Below, piece by piece: positions 11,201 to 19,047 of a DNA stretch of 64,000 nt (the first letter of the stretch is position 1; every line of letters starts with the position of its first letter). The position numbers and the translations under genes are program-made. The stretch lies in the IMG/VR virus record IMGVR_UViG_3300042308_001511, positions 1-64,000 of that record, one strand, 5' to 3'. Under the pieces are notes generated by a model. The model saw nothing but the letters and a program-made list of their open reading frames with translations, was not told where the DNA came from and ran no database searches.

Positions 11201-11455
11201 TATTAGAGACCCGGTTGTGTCGATGTTGTTCATCGCCTTTATGTTATTGTCGAGACGGCTTATCTCAGACTTTAGCGAAGAAATCGTTGGTAGGCTGTAT
11301 GTTCTTGGTACGCCGTTCTCGTCCAAAAGACTGACCTGTACGGACTCTTTTGTACTTGTGGTAACCTCGCTCAGCTTGCTTAGGATGTCAATCACGTTTT
11401 TATTGAGCGATAAAACTTGCTCGGCCACTTTCGGGAAACTCGATTGAATAGGCAT
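8297..11455 (-). CDS. Large putative virion structural protein (coiled coils, FN3-like segment)
   Basis: 1052 aa; coiled-coil stretches; VQFRIKSISEAGWPESPVESDWS FN3-like strand; TAATATATA motif upstream. Confidence 0.65.
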   Translation of the reverse strand: MPIQSSFPKVAEQVLSLNKNVIDILSKLSEVTTSTKESVQVSLLDENGVPRTYSLPTISSLKSEISRLDNNIKAMNNIDTTGSLIQTSPGNFKKVVAVDLNRDPSAISTLGSVTQFKASNNWFFDSMLNPMLSVEIDLQSQIEDNVRRILVRRYIVEFERDGVGNLTATGQSALNSFNAAYRSSSINITDFETWHKSTPGVADGQNPKIDEQIFELEPNELKYMGEFSVSQPVEDRINRKLWYPLNTLDYIDNSTGGIAKLEVGSELIVNMAKTNTRYKVIEISTAAALPRIRVERIEGMDPIVQGVGTLKVYSPVISNKKVKISIGYNERNIVFAKAINDDNHIMSKDWSTGTGFYTNDLTLNSPTGNGTIMEDYYTNFVYDYGTLLKDMVAKKIPNSQAGTPVSPTLVSTNFNVVQVNTHLTDTPDSKLLRQKSNYQKTLKSEIEQLNQAIIDRNKKAKVEKFKSESAKKQAQLEIDDLTRKRDSKSKLMSTVTQEILDLSKNPLSKSDPKFAIRGFWSIPDPTIVNGTKSQEIVQFLVQYKYLSNNGREPQITTFNIDNTQNTGAFSNWNEMKTPARRRLYDPSTSAYTWEKQDLSNADIPNINQIDIPIQPNEKVQFRIKSISEAGWPESPVESDWSDIMEMDFPAELVNNINQNQSIASEANKEELKTSVMTDLATIGVTDHVSDQATLGNKTFHHKSSKILSEFTDSSGNALDLYEYLKSLQDRIKMLEEKIQQTKGTLKVSIIEDGSKEVVVSNGSETKFNLECEDFCTPYEDTNIGKNRVYQNNIYVIDKFVIKVSNVSSDSSLGLLSSSQYTSNIDIFKSDSPQVFWLDTNDNLIVSEDGGVTKTQMDNQFVWSVNYDKGNSLGMNIGNQFTQNGNNSIVKSLGSEQYNIAYGDTTKMSFIGNNLKITENSKWIDTDGQSDSRQKLLTTVLPVTTSLNNIRELNQSKSRSLNAGDDIAIPVKIFFKLNALDNSANGEGFKYVDLSESKTSVKHIKSVKFMLQNQSDQTPFKFTVTFIINRNRTAAYKQKSFTQPYIIKNDLNP

Positions 11456-11477
11456 ATCTTTTATTTTTGGTTTTCCG

Positions 11478-11486
11478 TATATATTA
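11478..11486 (-). promoter_or_regulatory. Putative phage late promoter TAATATATA
   Basis: Exact motif about 22 nt upstream of the start; recurs before many genes in this window. Confidence 0.65.
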
Positions 11487-11521
11487 AATCAAATCCCTTC
11501 CGCGAAATAACTATTTTTATC

Positions 11522-11529
11522 TATATTTG
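11522..11529 (+). promoter_or_regulatory. Bacteroidota-type -7 promoter element TAnnTTTG
   Basis: TATATTTG 16 nt upstream of the ligase ATG. Confidence 0.6.
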
Positions 11530-11545
11530 TACAAAACACAAAACT

Positions 11546-13426
11546 ATGATTGAGGATTTAAGAAAACGAATTATTGAAGCCAATGAGGCTTACAGAAATG
11601 GTGATGCAATAATATCCGATATGGAGTTTGATGCACTATTAGACGAATTGACACTATTATCACCTGATGACGAATTACTATTAAAGATAGGACATAACGT
11701 AACAGACGATACTAGAAAAATGAAACTGCCTATTCCGATGGCATCAATGAACAAAATTAAGACAATTGATGAAATAAAAGATTGGCATAGACTTAAACTT
11801 ATACCTAGTGCAGTAGAAGTAATATGTACACCGAAATATGACGGATTATCTTTGTGTGTTAATGAGATTACCTGTGATGCAATCACACGAGGTGATGGAA
11901 CTTACGGTCAGAAATCTACCGAACACTACAGATTTATAGGTAATCACCTATACGACCAGAGAGAACCGGAATTTCAACAAAATACAAATGCATTTGGTTG
12001 CGGTCCTTTCGCCTATACATACGGTGAAGTAATTATGCCGAAATCGGTATTTTTAGAAAAATATGCAACAGAATTCGCAAATCCAAGAAACCTCGTAGCA
12101 GGTTTAATAAACTCAAAGACCATATCTGACCCTTTGAAAGATTGCCAATACATAAAATATGGTGCAGTTCTTCATGCAATTCAACAAAACCTATTCACAA
12201 CTAAAGCAGAACTTCTTGATTCACTTAATAATGGACAAAAGAAACAAGTACCTTACTACGTCTCTCCAATCACAGAACTTACAGAAGAGACATTGATTAA
12301 TTTATTTCATATGTGGTCTCAGGAATTTGAGATTGATGGAATTATTATCGAAGTCAACAACCTTGCAACACAGAAAACTTTAGGCAGAGAAGCAACTACC
12401 GGTAATCCTATCTACGCAAGAGCATTCAAACACGAGAGTTTTGAACAGAAAGCAGAGTCAACCGTTACCGGAATAAGTTGGAATATCTCAAAACAAGGTC
12501 TTCTAAAACCAATTGTACACATTAATCCTATCGGATTAGATGGTGTTACCGTTTCTAATGTTACTGGTAACAATGCTCGTTTTGTAAAAGATATGGGTAT
12601 TGGTGTAGGTGCCAAAGTAATAGTGAAAAGATCTGGTATGGTTATACCTAAAATTATCGATGTTGTGAAGACTGTTGATTTCACAGAACCTATCATCGAA
12701 GGTGTTGAAATTGGATGGAACGATGCCGGAATTGAATTGATAACATTGACCGAGACCGATGATCAACAATTGAAAAAGATTGTGGCATTCTTTGAAATTT
12801 TAGAAGCGGATAATGTAGGTGAAGGTGTAATCAAACAACTTTGGGACGCTGGATTTACAACAGTGAAATCGATACTTACTGCGAATGTTTCAGACTTTGA
12901 GAAGATTGAAGGATTTGGTAAGAGAAAAGCAAAAATTGTATTCGACTCTATCAAAAAATCCACAACAAATATACAATTGTCTAAGTTACAACACGCATCC
13001 GGTGTGTTTACGGGACTTGGCTCAAAAAAACTGGCATTACTCGAACACTTCTCACAGAAACCTACCATTGACCAGGTTATGGAGATTGAAGGTTTCGCGG
13101 AGATTTCTGCTAAGACATACGTTGATAATTTTGACAACTTTGTAGAATTTATACAGGGTCTTCCGGTCACAATCGAGGAGAAGAAAGAGGTGGTTCTTGA
13201 AGGAACTGATTTGGAAGGTATGGTTGTAGTTTTTACTGGAGTACGTGATAAAAAATCAGAAGAGGAGATTATTAGTAGAGGGGGTAAAATAGGATCTAGT
13301 GTAAGTAAAAATACTACACATCTTATTTGTAAAGATCCGGATAGTGGATCATCCAAATTAGAAAAGGCAAAATCTTTAGGAGTTAAGATAATGAGTTTAG
13401 ATGATTTAAATTCTTTATTATATTAA
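11546..13426 (+). CDS. ligA: NAD-dependent DNA ligase
   Basis: AYRNGDAIISDMEFDAL, KYDG adenylation motif, TRGDG, ANPRN, DGIII, OB fold, HhH repeats and a C-terminal BRCT (VVFTG...SVSKNTTHL...SSKLEKAKSLGV). Start moved to ATG 11546. Confidence 0.95.
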   Translation: MIEDLRKRIIEANEAYRNGDAIISDMEFDALLDELTLLSPDDELLLKIGHNVTDDTRKMKLPIPMASMNKIKTIDEIKDWHRLKLIPSAVEVICTPKYDGLSLCVNEITCDAITRGDGTYGQKSTEHYRFIGNHLYDQREPEFQQNTNAFGCGPFAYTYGEVIMPKSVFLEKYATEFANPRNLVAGLINSKTISDPLKDCQYIKYGAVLHAIQQNLFTTKAELLDSLNNGQKKQVPYYVSPITELTEETLINLFHMWSQEFEIDGIIIEVNNLATQKTLGREATTGNPIYARAFKHESFEQKAESTVTGISWNISKQGLLKPIVHINPIGLDGVTVSNVTGNNARFVKDMGIGVGAKVIVKRSGMVIPKIIDVVKTVDFTEPIIEGVEIGWNDAGIELITLTETDDQQLKKIVAFFEILEADNVGEGVIKQLWDAGFTTVKSILTANVSDFEKIEGFGKRKAKIVFDSIKKSTTNIQLSKLQHASGVFTGLGSKKLALLEHFSQKPTIDQVMEIEGFAEISAKTYVDNFDNFVEFIQGLPVTIEEKKEVVLEGTDLEGMVVVFTGVRDKKSEEEIISRGGKIGSSVSKNTTHLICKDPDSGSSKLEKAKSLGVKIMSLDDLNSLLY

Positions 13427-13454
13427 CTATTACTTTTTAAGTCTTTTCATATGG

Positions 13455-13589
13455 TTGGTTAGTTCATCTAACCATAAATTTGATGAGTTTTTAGAAAAAG
13501 AAGAAATATCAAAGCGATCCAAATATATTGAAAAATTAATCAGAGATGATATGGAAAAAAGGGGTAAAGACGTTAGTAAAGATTTTTAG
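13455..13589 (+). pseudogene. N-terminally truncated ribbon-helix-helix-like gene remnant
   Basis: Unannotated frame ...KFDEFLEKEEISKRSKYIEKLIRDDMEKRGKDVSKDF* resembles RHH helices (xSKYIExLI); no ATG. Confidence 0.45.
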
Positions 13590-13603
13590 AAGGAAATAGG
13601 AAT

Positions 13604-13918
13604 ATGAACGGATTTGAAAATGTAGTATTTCCACACATAAGATACATCATCGGCAACGAGACGAAAAACTCCAGATTGAGATACTACCTGGGCGGGGAGC
13701 CGCCTGAGAACGACTGCCGACTTACCGTCGGAAAGGAATACACGGTCAGTTTCCTTTGGTACTCACCGGACGCCAAAACCGATAGGAAATACGTATGGAC
13801 CTGCAAGTCGGAAGAGATAAACGAGCATGGTACCAACCGCTACGTCAACGTGGATCCGAAGAACTTCGGCACAAAGTCGGATCTCAGGGAAAGAAGGATA
13901 AACGAAATAATTGATTGA
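13604..13918 (+). CDS. Hypothetical protein with C-terminal RERRINEII motif
   Basis: 104-aa ORF in a visibly more GC-rich segment. Confidence 0.7.
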   Translation: MNGFENVVFPHIRYIIGNETKNSRLRYYLGGEPPENDCRLTVGKEYTVSFLWYSPDAKTDRKYVWTCKSEEINEHGTNRYVNVDPKNFGTKSDLRERRINEIID

Positions 13919-13919
13919 T

Positions 13920-14528
13920 ATGTTGATGAGATACAACCACGGTGACGTGCTACAGCTACTTCCCGTAATGCACAACGACGGCAGTCAGTCGTTCATGTTA
14001 ACCGCTACCTTTTTCTACAACCAGGCGAGAATGGTCTGGGACATCGGCGACACGCTCGCACAGGCTTACCAGATTGAGAAAAGAAAACAAAAGGAGCATA
14101 GGATTGGCACGTTCGGGCACGTCAGACTCTGTGGTGCTAAGAACCTGCGTACCGGCCAGGTCGGTATCGTTAAGTTCGGTGTCACGCTGAGGAGGAAGAT
14201 ATCCGATTACTACAGAGAGAACGGATTGAGGATGGACAGAATCGGGCAGGAAGAATACCAGTACCATTCCGAGATTCACGTATCGATAATCACCGAGACT
14301 ATTAGAAACTTAGGCGTAGCTAGCTACGACAAATCGAGTGTCGGCTACTGCGGTTTTCCTTACGAGAGCATAAATCCTACCAGTTTCTCGTCACTGAACA
14401 TAGACGATTTCATCTCGAACCACGGCTTGCAAAGGCACTGGCACACAATAGACAGCGAGACCGACGGCTTACTATCCGCCGTCCGTTCCAACAAACGTAA
14501 CGAAAAACTCGAAAAGATAGGAATATGA
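13920..14528 (+). CDS. Hypothetical protein with C-terminal RNEKLEKI motif
   Basis: About 202-aa ORF starting immediately after the previous stop. Confidence 0.7.
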   Translation: MLMRYNHGDVLQLLPVMHNDGSQSFMLTATFFYNQARMVWDIGDTLAQAYQIEKRKQKEHRIGTFGHVRLCGAKNLRTGQVGIVKFGVTLRRKISDYYRENGLRMDRIGQEEYQYHSEIHVSIITETIRNLGVASYDKSSVGYCGFPYESINPTSFSSLNIDDFISNHGLQRHWHTIDSETDGLLSAVRSNKRNEKLEKIGI

Positions 14529-14668
14529 TGTTTTACAACGAGGATTTACAAAATAAAATAACTTCTTATGGAAGAGGTATCATAAAAGAATACCTTATGT
14601 TCGTTAGAAAAGAAGAAAGAAAACAAAAAATAATCAAAATTTGGTCAAATAAAATCGATTCTAACTAA
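14525..14668 (+). CDS. Small unannotated 47-aa protein
   Basis: ATGA overlap with the previous stop; MMFYNEDLQNKITSYGRGIIKEYLMFVRKEERKQKIIKIWSNKIDSN carries the same RxxKIxxI motif. Confidence 0.6.
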   Translation: MMFYNEDLQNKITSYGRGIIKEYLMFVRKEERKQKIIKIWSNKIDSN

Positions 14669-14783
14669 ACTTTTAGTTATATTTATCGTATAAATTATGT
14701 GCAAATGGCACATAGAAGGCAGAAGAATTTATAAATAAGTGGAATTGACTACGAAGTCAAATAATAAAAAATAAAAAGCAAAT

Positions 14784-15395
14784 ATGATGGTAAACAACGG
14801 GTTATTTAGTGAACAAGAAAAAGTATTCGTGGAAAGAACTGGTAAGGACTTTTCAACATTATACAAAAAGTATTATCCAAAACTGATTTATTTCACGTCC
14901 AAAATGCTAGAATCCAATAAAATGGATATACAGTATGCAGAGGATATATCAACAGATTCTTTTCTTACCGCATTCGAGAAGATTGACAAATATGAAAAAG
15001 AGAAGGCGCAATTCTCTACCTGGCTATTTACAATAGCAAAAAACCTTGCGCTACAATCAATCAAAAATAATAAGAAACAAATTTCACTCGACGTAGAATA
15101 TGACGATGAGGGTACAACAATGAAAGACTTTATTCAGGAAGACGATAACAACTCAGTCGAGAGACAAGCAATTAGTGAGATAAAGGCTAAAATAATGGTT
15201 GATAAAATATATGAGCTGAAAGAACCTTACAAAACCGTTATCGAGATGCGTGAGATTAAGAAGATGGCTTACAAAGATATTTCTGAAATGTTAGGTAAAA
15301 ACTTATCTACTATAAAGAGTCAAATTCGAAATGGAAGAGCTATACTTGTAAAAGAGACAGAAGCAGAATTTTCCAAAATTGATGAATCGTTCTAA
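14784..15395 (+). CDS. ECF-type sigma-70 factor
   Basis: Region 2: AEDISTDSFLTAFEKIDKY...FSTWLFTIAKN; region 4: MAYKDISEMLGKNLSTIKSQIRNGR. Confidence 0.9.
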   Translation: MMVNNGLFSEQEKVFVERTGKDFSTLYKKYYPKLIYFTSKMLESNKMDIQYAEDISTDSFLTAFEKIDKYEKEKAQFSTWLFTIAKNLALQSIKNNKKQISLDVEYDDEGTTMKDFIQEDDNNSVERQAISEIKAKIMVDKIYELKEPYKTVIEMREIKKMAYKDISEMLGKNLSTIKSQIRNGRAILVKETEAEFSKIDESF

Positions 15396-15416
15396 ACAGA
15401 AACAACAAATAAAAAT

Positions 15417-15443
15417 AACCGCCTTCCAATTAGGCGGTTTTTT
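15417..15443 (+). terminator. Intrinsic terminator
   Basis: aaccgcct-tccaatt-aggcggtt followed by a T-run. Confidence 0.75.
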
Positions 15444-15461
15444 ACTAACCTCAAAATAATT

Positions 15462-16028
15462 ATGGCAAACAACTTACAACTACCAAAAGAAAGACAAATC
15501 TATTTCACAAAACAAGTAGATCAGTCATCAATCGCCGAACTTACAAGGCAAATTATAGAAATAAATGAAGATGATAGACACTTAGAGAAACTCTATGCAG
15601 TTTATGATCTTGAGTATAAACCAAAACCAATCAAAGTCTATATTGATTCATATGGTGGTGCTGTATACCAATGCTTCGGTTTATTATCAGTGATTGAAAG
15701 AAGTCAAACTCCTGTTCATACAATTGTAACTGGTTGTGCAATGAGTTGTGGTTTCCTTATATTACTCGCAGGACATAAGAGGTTTGCTCACAAAATGTCA
15801 ACTCCATTATACCATCAAGTTTCCACAGGATTCTTTGGTAAAGTACAGGATATGGAAGAGAAATTAGAAGAAGCCAAAAGATTACAGACACAGATTGAGG
15901 ATTACACTAAATCCAGAACCAAAATTGCTAAGAAGAAACTCAGAGAAATACTTGAAAACAAAAAAGATTGGTATATGAGTGCCGATGAAGCGTTGGAACT
16001 TGGTGTAGTTGATGAAATATTAGACTAA
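15462..16028 (+). CDS. clpP: ClpP-family serine protease
   Basis: YIDSYGG, CAMSCG (catalytic Ser), YHQ (His), KDWYMSADEALELGVVD. Confidence 0.9.
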   Translation: MANNLQLPKERQIYFTKQVDQSSIAELTRQIIEINEDDRHLEKLYAVYDLEYKPKPIKVYIDSYGGAVYQCFGLLSVIERSQTPVHTIVTGCAMSCGFLILLAGHKRFAHKMSTPLYHQVSTGFFGKVQDMEEKLEEAKRLQTQIEDYTKSRTKIAKKKLREILENKKDWYMSADEALELGVVDEILD

Positions 16029-16040
16029 AAACTAATTGAT

Positions 16041-17345
16041 ATGGAACTGAAAAGACTTGCAGAGGAGGCGATTGATTATTTAAAAAGTAGGTGGTCGCTT
16101 CCCGAGCAGGGCCTTCTTGCTGGAGGATCACTTGCTAATACAATTTGGGCACTTAAAAACGGAACAGAACCACTAATAAATGATATCGATGTATTCGTCT
16201 ATGTTGATCACTTAGACTTTATAGACCCTAATGATAGAGAGACACTTTTCAGATACACCGAAAAAGAGGTAGATTATTACGACGATTATAACGGATATCG
16301 AGAGCATCCTTATGATAAAAAGTTCTACGCTATAAAGGAATCTACACGTGACGGTATAGTAAACACAATAACCTATGATGCGTCAGATGATGATCCGATG
16401 ATGATATTAGAATCATTTGATCTTAGTTGTACAGGTGTAGGTTATGAATTAGAGACCGGAAAGTATTTATGGACACAGGACTTTGAAGATTTTGTAAATA
16501 CTGGTAAGATAAAAGTCAGTAACATCGGAACTCCATCACACACCGCGATAAGACTCGTAAAGAAGTCCAAAGATTTGGGTGTAAAAATGGACGAGTTCGA
16601 AATGAAGTTACTTATGCATGCTATTGATTACAACTTTACAGATACAGTAAAAAGGTACTTCAAACAAAAACGAATGGACGACTACATCAGTGTAGAAGAA
16701 CTAATTTCAGAATACCTTGTACCATACCGAGTAGAAGAGGTAGAGAAGATGATACTTTTGAAATATGATACAGAAGAGAGGATATATGGTCTAAAAAGAA
16801 AATATTCGACTGATTCAGAGGAAGAAACCAACACAGCATCTGTTATTTTTGACGACGGTGATATCGATTTTTTTGATAAAATTCTATTAGAAGATAAAAC
16901 TGTATTTGGTGACGACAACATATTTAGAATTATGACCGGTAAAGATTTTCTAAGCTATATGAGAAACGTTTATGGTGACGAACAGAAGATGATACTTTTT
17001 AAAGGATTAGTTCCTCTATTTGGTGCTAAAAACTACTTCGATGAAATTCCGAAAGAAGAAGATTCTAATATGATTTGTTTATTGTCATCAGTCTCACCAT
17101 TGATTACAAAAGCACTAAAAGGAATGACAATTTCACAACAGATATGTGCTGTAAAAACGACATTCAGCGCATTTGATGATAAGACGGTTTCACTTGCCTT
17201 ATTAGAAAGCGGTAGAATAGTTGAACAATGGATGGACGAATCGGATTTACTTCTGATGGAACTTTCAGTAAGAAAAGATATTTTCGGAAGAATAGAGAGT
17301 CGAATAAATTCGTTCTATGAACTTTTAGGAAACGACATAGTATAA
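16041..17345 (+). CDS. Nucleotidyltransferase-superfamily protein (PolyA-pol/CCA-like head)
   Basis: LLAGGSLAN...INDIDVFV (GS/DxD motif) and downstream ESFDLSC. Confidence 0.6.
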   Translation: MELKRLAEEAIDYLKSRWSLPEQGLLAGGSLANTIWALKNGTEPLINDIDVFVYVDHLDFIDPNDRETLFRYTEKEVDYYDDYNGYREHPYDKKFYAIKESTRDGIVNTITYDASDDDPMMILESFDLSCTGVGYELETGKYLWTQDFEDFVNTGKIKVSNIGTPSHTAIRLVKKSKDLGVKMDEFEMKLLMHAIDYNFTDTVKRYFKQKRMDDYISVEELISEYLVPYRVEEVEKMILLKYDTEERIYGLKRKYSTDSEEETNTASVIFDDGDIDFFDKILLEDKTVFGDDNIFRIMTGKDFLSYMRNVYGDEQKMILFKGLVPLFGAKNYFDEIPKEEDSNMICLLSSVSPLITKALKGMTISQQICAVKTTFSAFDDKTVSLALLESGRIVEQWMDESDLLLMELSVRKDIFGRIESRINSFYELLGNDIV

Positions 17346-17367
17346 TACTAAAATAAAAAAGAAATAT

Positions 17368-17688
17368 ATGGTTGCTTTTATAACAGAATTGAACAACGAC
17401 AACTACAAAGAATTCATCAAAGAAGGAGTAGTATTGGTAGACATTTGGGCTTCTTGGTGCAATCCTTGTCGCACAATATCACCAATTGTAGATAAAGTAT
17501 CTGCTGACTACCAAGGTAAAGCTAAAGTTGGAAAACTTGAAGCCGATCCAAATAGAGAACTCGTTTCCGAACTTGGAATTAAAAACATTCCTACATTACT
17601 TGTTTATAAAGACGGAGAGATTGTTGATAGATTAGTTGGTGCAGTTCAGGAAGATAAGATTACTGAGTCATTAGACGCACAAATCTAA
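17368..17688 (+). CDS. trxA: Thioredoxin
   Basis: VDIWASWCNPC active site, cis-Pro IPTL, 106 aa. Confidence 0.92.
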   Translation: MVAFITELNNDNYKEFIKEGVVLVDIWASWCNPCRTISPIVDKVSADYQGKAKVGKLEADPNRELVSELGIKNIPTLLVYKDGEIVDRLVGAVQEDKITESLDAQI

Positions 17689-17689
17689 T

Positions 17690-18202
17690 ATGTACAAAAC
17701 ACTCGAAATATTGAATTATGAAGATAAAGTCCGCCGTATAGCGGATCTTATCTCGTTTAACGAGCCTTATGTTACCGTACTGGGTCACGACTCACACGGT
17801 GAGAGTATGATTGATTCCGTTCTCGAAAAACTTGGTGGTGATTACGTGGTTTCAATATACGACGTAGACGACCTAAGACAGGTACATAGGGACAGGAGGA
17901 TAGATAGTGTAATCAACGAGTGTGAAGAAGTCTCAAACATTCATCCAAACTTCCTTGCGATACGGTTAGAGAGAAAGATTGATGATACAATGTTGCAAGA
18001 CTTAAGAATCAAAGTCCGTCGGATATCACATCAGGCACACGAGATTGGTATCAGGGTGATATTCATATCACAGGTGAATAAAACTTTACCAGGAGACTCA
18101 CAGATGTCTTTCGTCGGTGGTATCCAGGTTATTTACGGAGCAGACCTGGCAATCGTCGCCATAGGAGAGAATGTCAAAGTGATTAAGAATAGATACGAAT
18201 AG
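17690..18202 (+). CDS. Degenerate DnaB/RecA-fold C-terminal-like protein
   Basis: VIFISQVNK...GADLAI...VKVIKNRY echoes DnaB motifs H3/H4; no Walker A. Confidence 0.45.
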   Translation: MYKTLEILNYEDKVRRIADLISFNEPYVTVLGHDSHGESMIDSVLEKLGGDYVVSIYDVDDLRQVHRDRRIDSVINECEEVSNIHPNFLAIRLERKIDDTMLQDLRIKVRRISHQAHEIGIRVIFISQVNKTLPGDSQMSFVGGIQVIYGADLAIVAIGENVKVIKNRYE

Positions 18203-18225
18203 AAGAACTTTTATAATTTAGAGCC

Positions 18226-18666
18226 ATGATGATAAAAAACAGAAAAGCATACCATGAGTACACAGTACTCGAAGATTTTGAGTGTGGTTTAATACTTACT
18301 GGTTCAGAGGTTAAGTCAATACGTGGTGGTGACGTAACTATTGGTGACTCTTTTGCTTATTTCAAAGCAGGTGAGATATTTGTGAAGAATATGAAAGTTT
18401 CACCGTATAAACAAGCACATAAAGCAGAGAAACACGATGAGAACCGTGAAAAAAAGTTACTTCTAAAAAAAAAGGAAATCGCTAAGATTGACAGGATGAT
18501 GGAAGAGAAGGGAACTACAATGATCCTACTTGATCTACACCTTAATAATAACCGAATAAAAGCGAAAATTGGTGTCTGTAAAGGTAAGAAACTTTGGAAC
18601 AAAAAAGAGGACATCAAACGACGTGATATTGATCGAGATATGAAAAGAGAGATTAGTCAAAGATGA
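18226..18666 (+). CDS. smpB: SsrA-binding protein SmpB
   Basis: NRKAYHEY, GLILTGSEVKSIR, REKKLLLKKKEI, KGKK and a basic C-terminal tail. Confidence 0.92.
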   Translation: MMIKNRKAYHEYTVLEDFECGLILTGSEVKSIRGGDVTIGDSFAYFKAGEIFVKNMKVSPYKQAHKAEKHDENREKKLLLKKKEIAKIDRMMEEKGTTMILLDLHLNNNRIKAKIGVCKGKKLWNKKEDIKRRDIDRDMKREISQR

Positions 18667-19022
18667 GTAAGACCGAAGATGAGCTCAATGTGTTGGTAGA
18701 AATATTGAGTAAGGCCAACACAGAAGAAGAGATAATAGAACATTTACGAACAATGGTTAAGGGATTTAGTCCATCAATGTATATTGAATTCGTTCGTTCA
18801 AATCCATACTTCAAATCTTTATTTGAAGATGTGCGTCAAATTGTTTTCGAAGACATTGAAAAGATGAAGGATGCTATAAAGGATGAGATATTGGCCATAG
18901 ACAAAGAGAGATCTCACGATGATGAGGCTATGCAAAAACTTAGTAATTTAAAAATTGAGTGTAAGATGCTTTTGGTCGATTTGATTGAAAAAGAGAAAGA
19001 GATAATGGCTATAAAGATTTAG
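18663..19022 (+). CDS. Hypothetical helical protein
   Basis: 119-aa ORF with an ATGA overlap on smpB. Confidence 0.65.
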   Translation: MSKTEDELNVLVEILSKANTEEEIIEHLRTMVKGFSPSMYIEFVRSNPYFKSLFEDVRQIVFEDIEKMKDAIKDEILAIDKERSHDDEAMQKLSNLKIECKMLLVDLIEKEKEIMAIKI

Positions 19023-19047
19023 CCACATATAAAAATAAAAAAAAGTA

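Noticed and set aside
11417-11545. N-terminal extensions of the ligA, 40544, 46884, 42525 and 50497 ORFs in the ORF track
   Set aside because: They run through promoters or neighbouring genes; downstream ATGs fit homology and promoter spacing better.
14696-14760. Two small hairpins upstream of the sigma gene (tatgtgc/gcacata; ttgact/agtcaa)
   Set aside because: Short stems that could arise by chance; no recognisable riboswitch or ncRNA motif.
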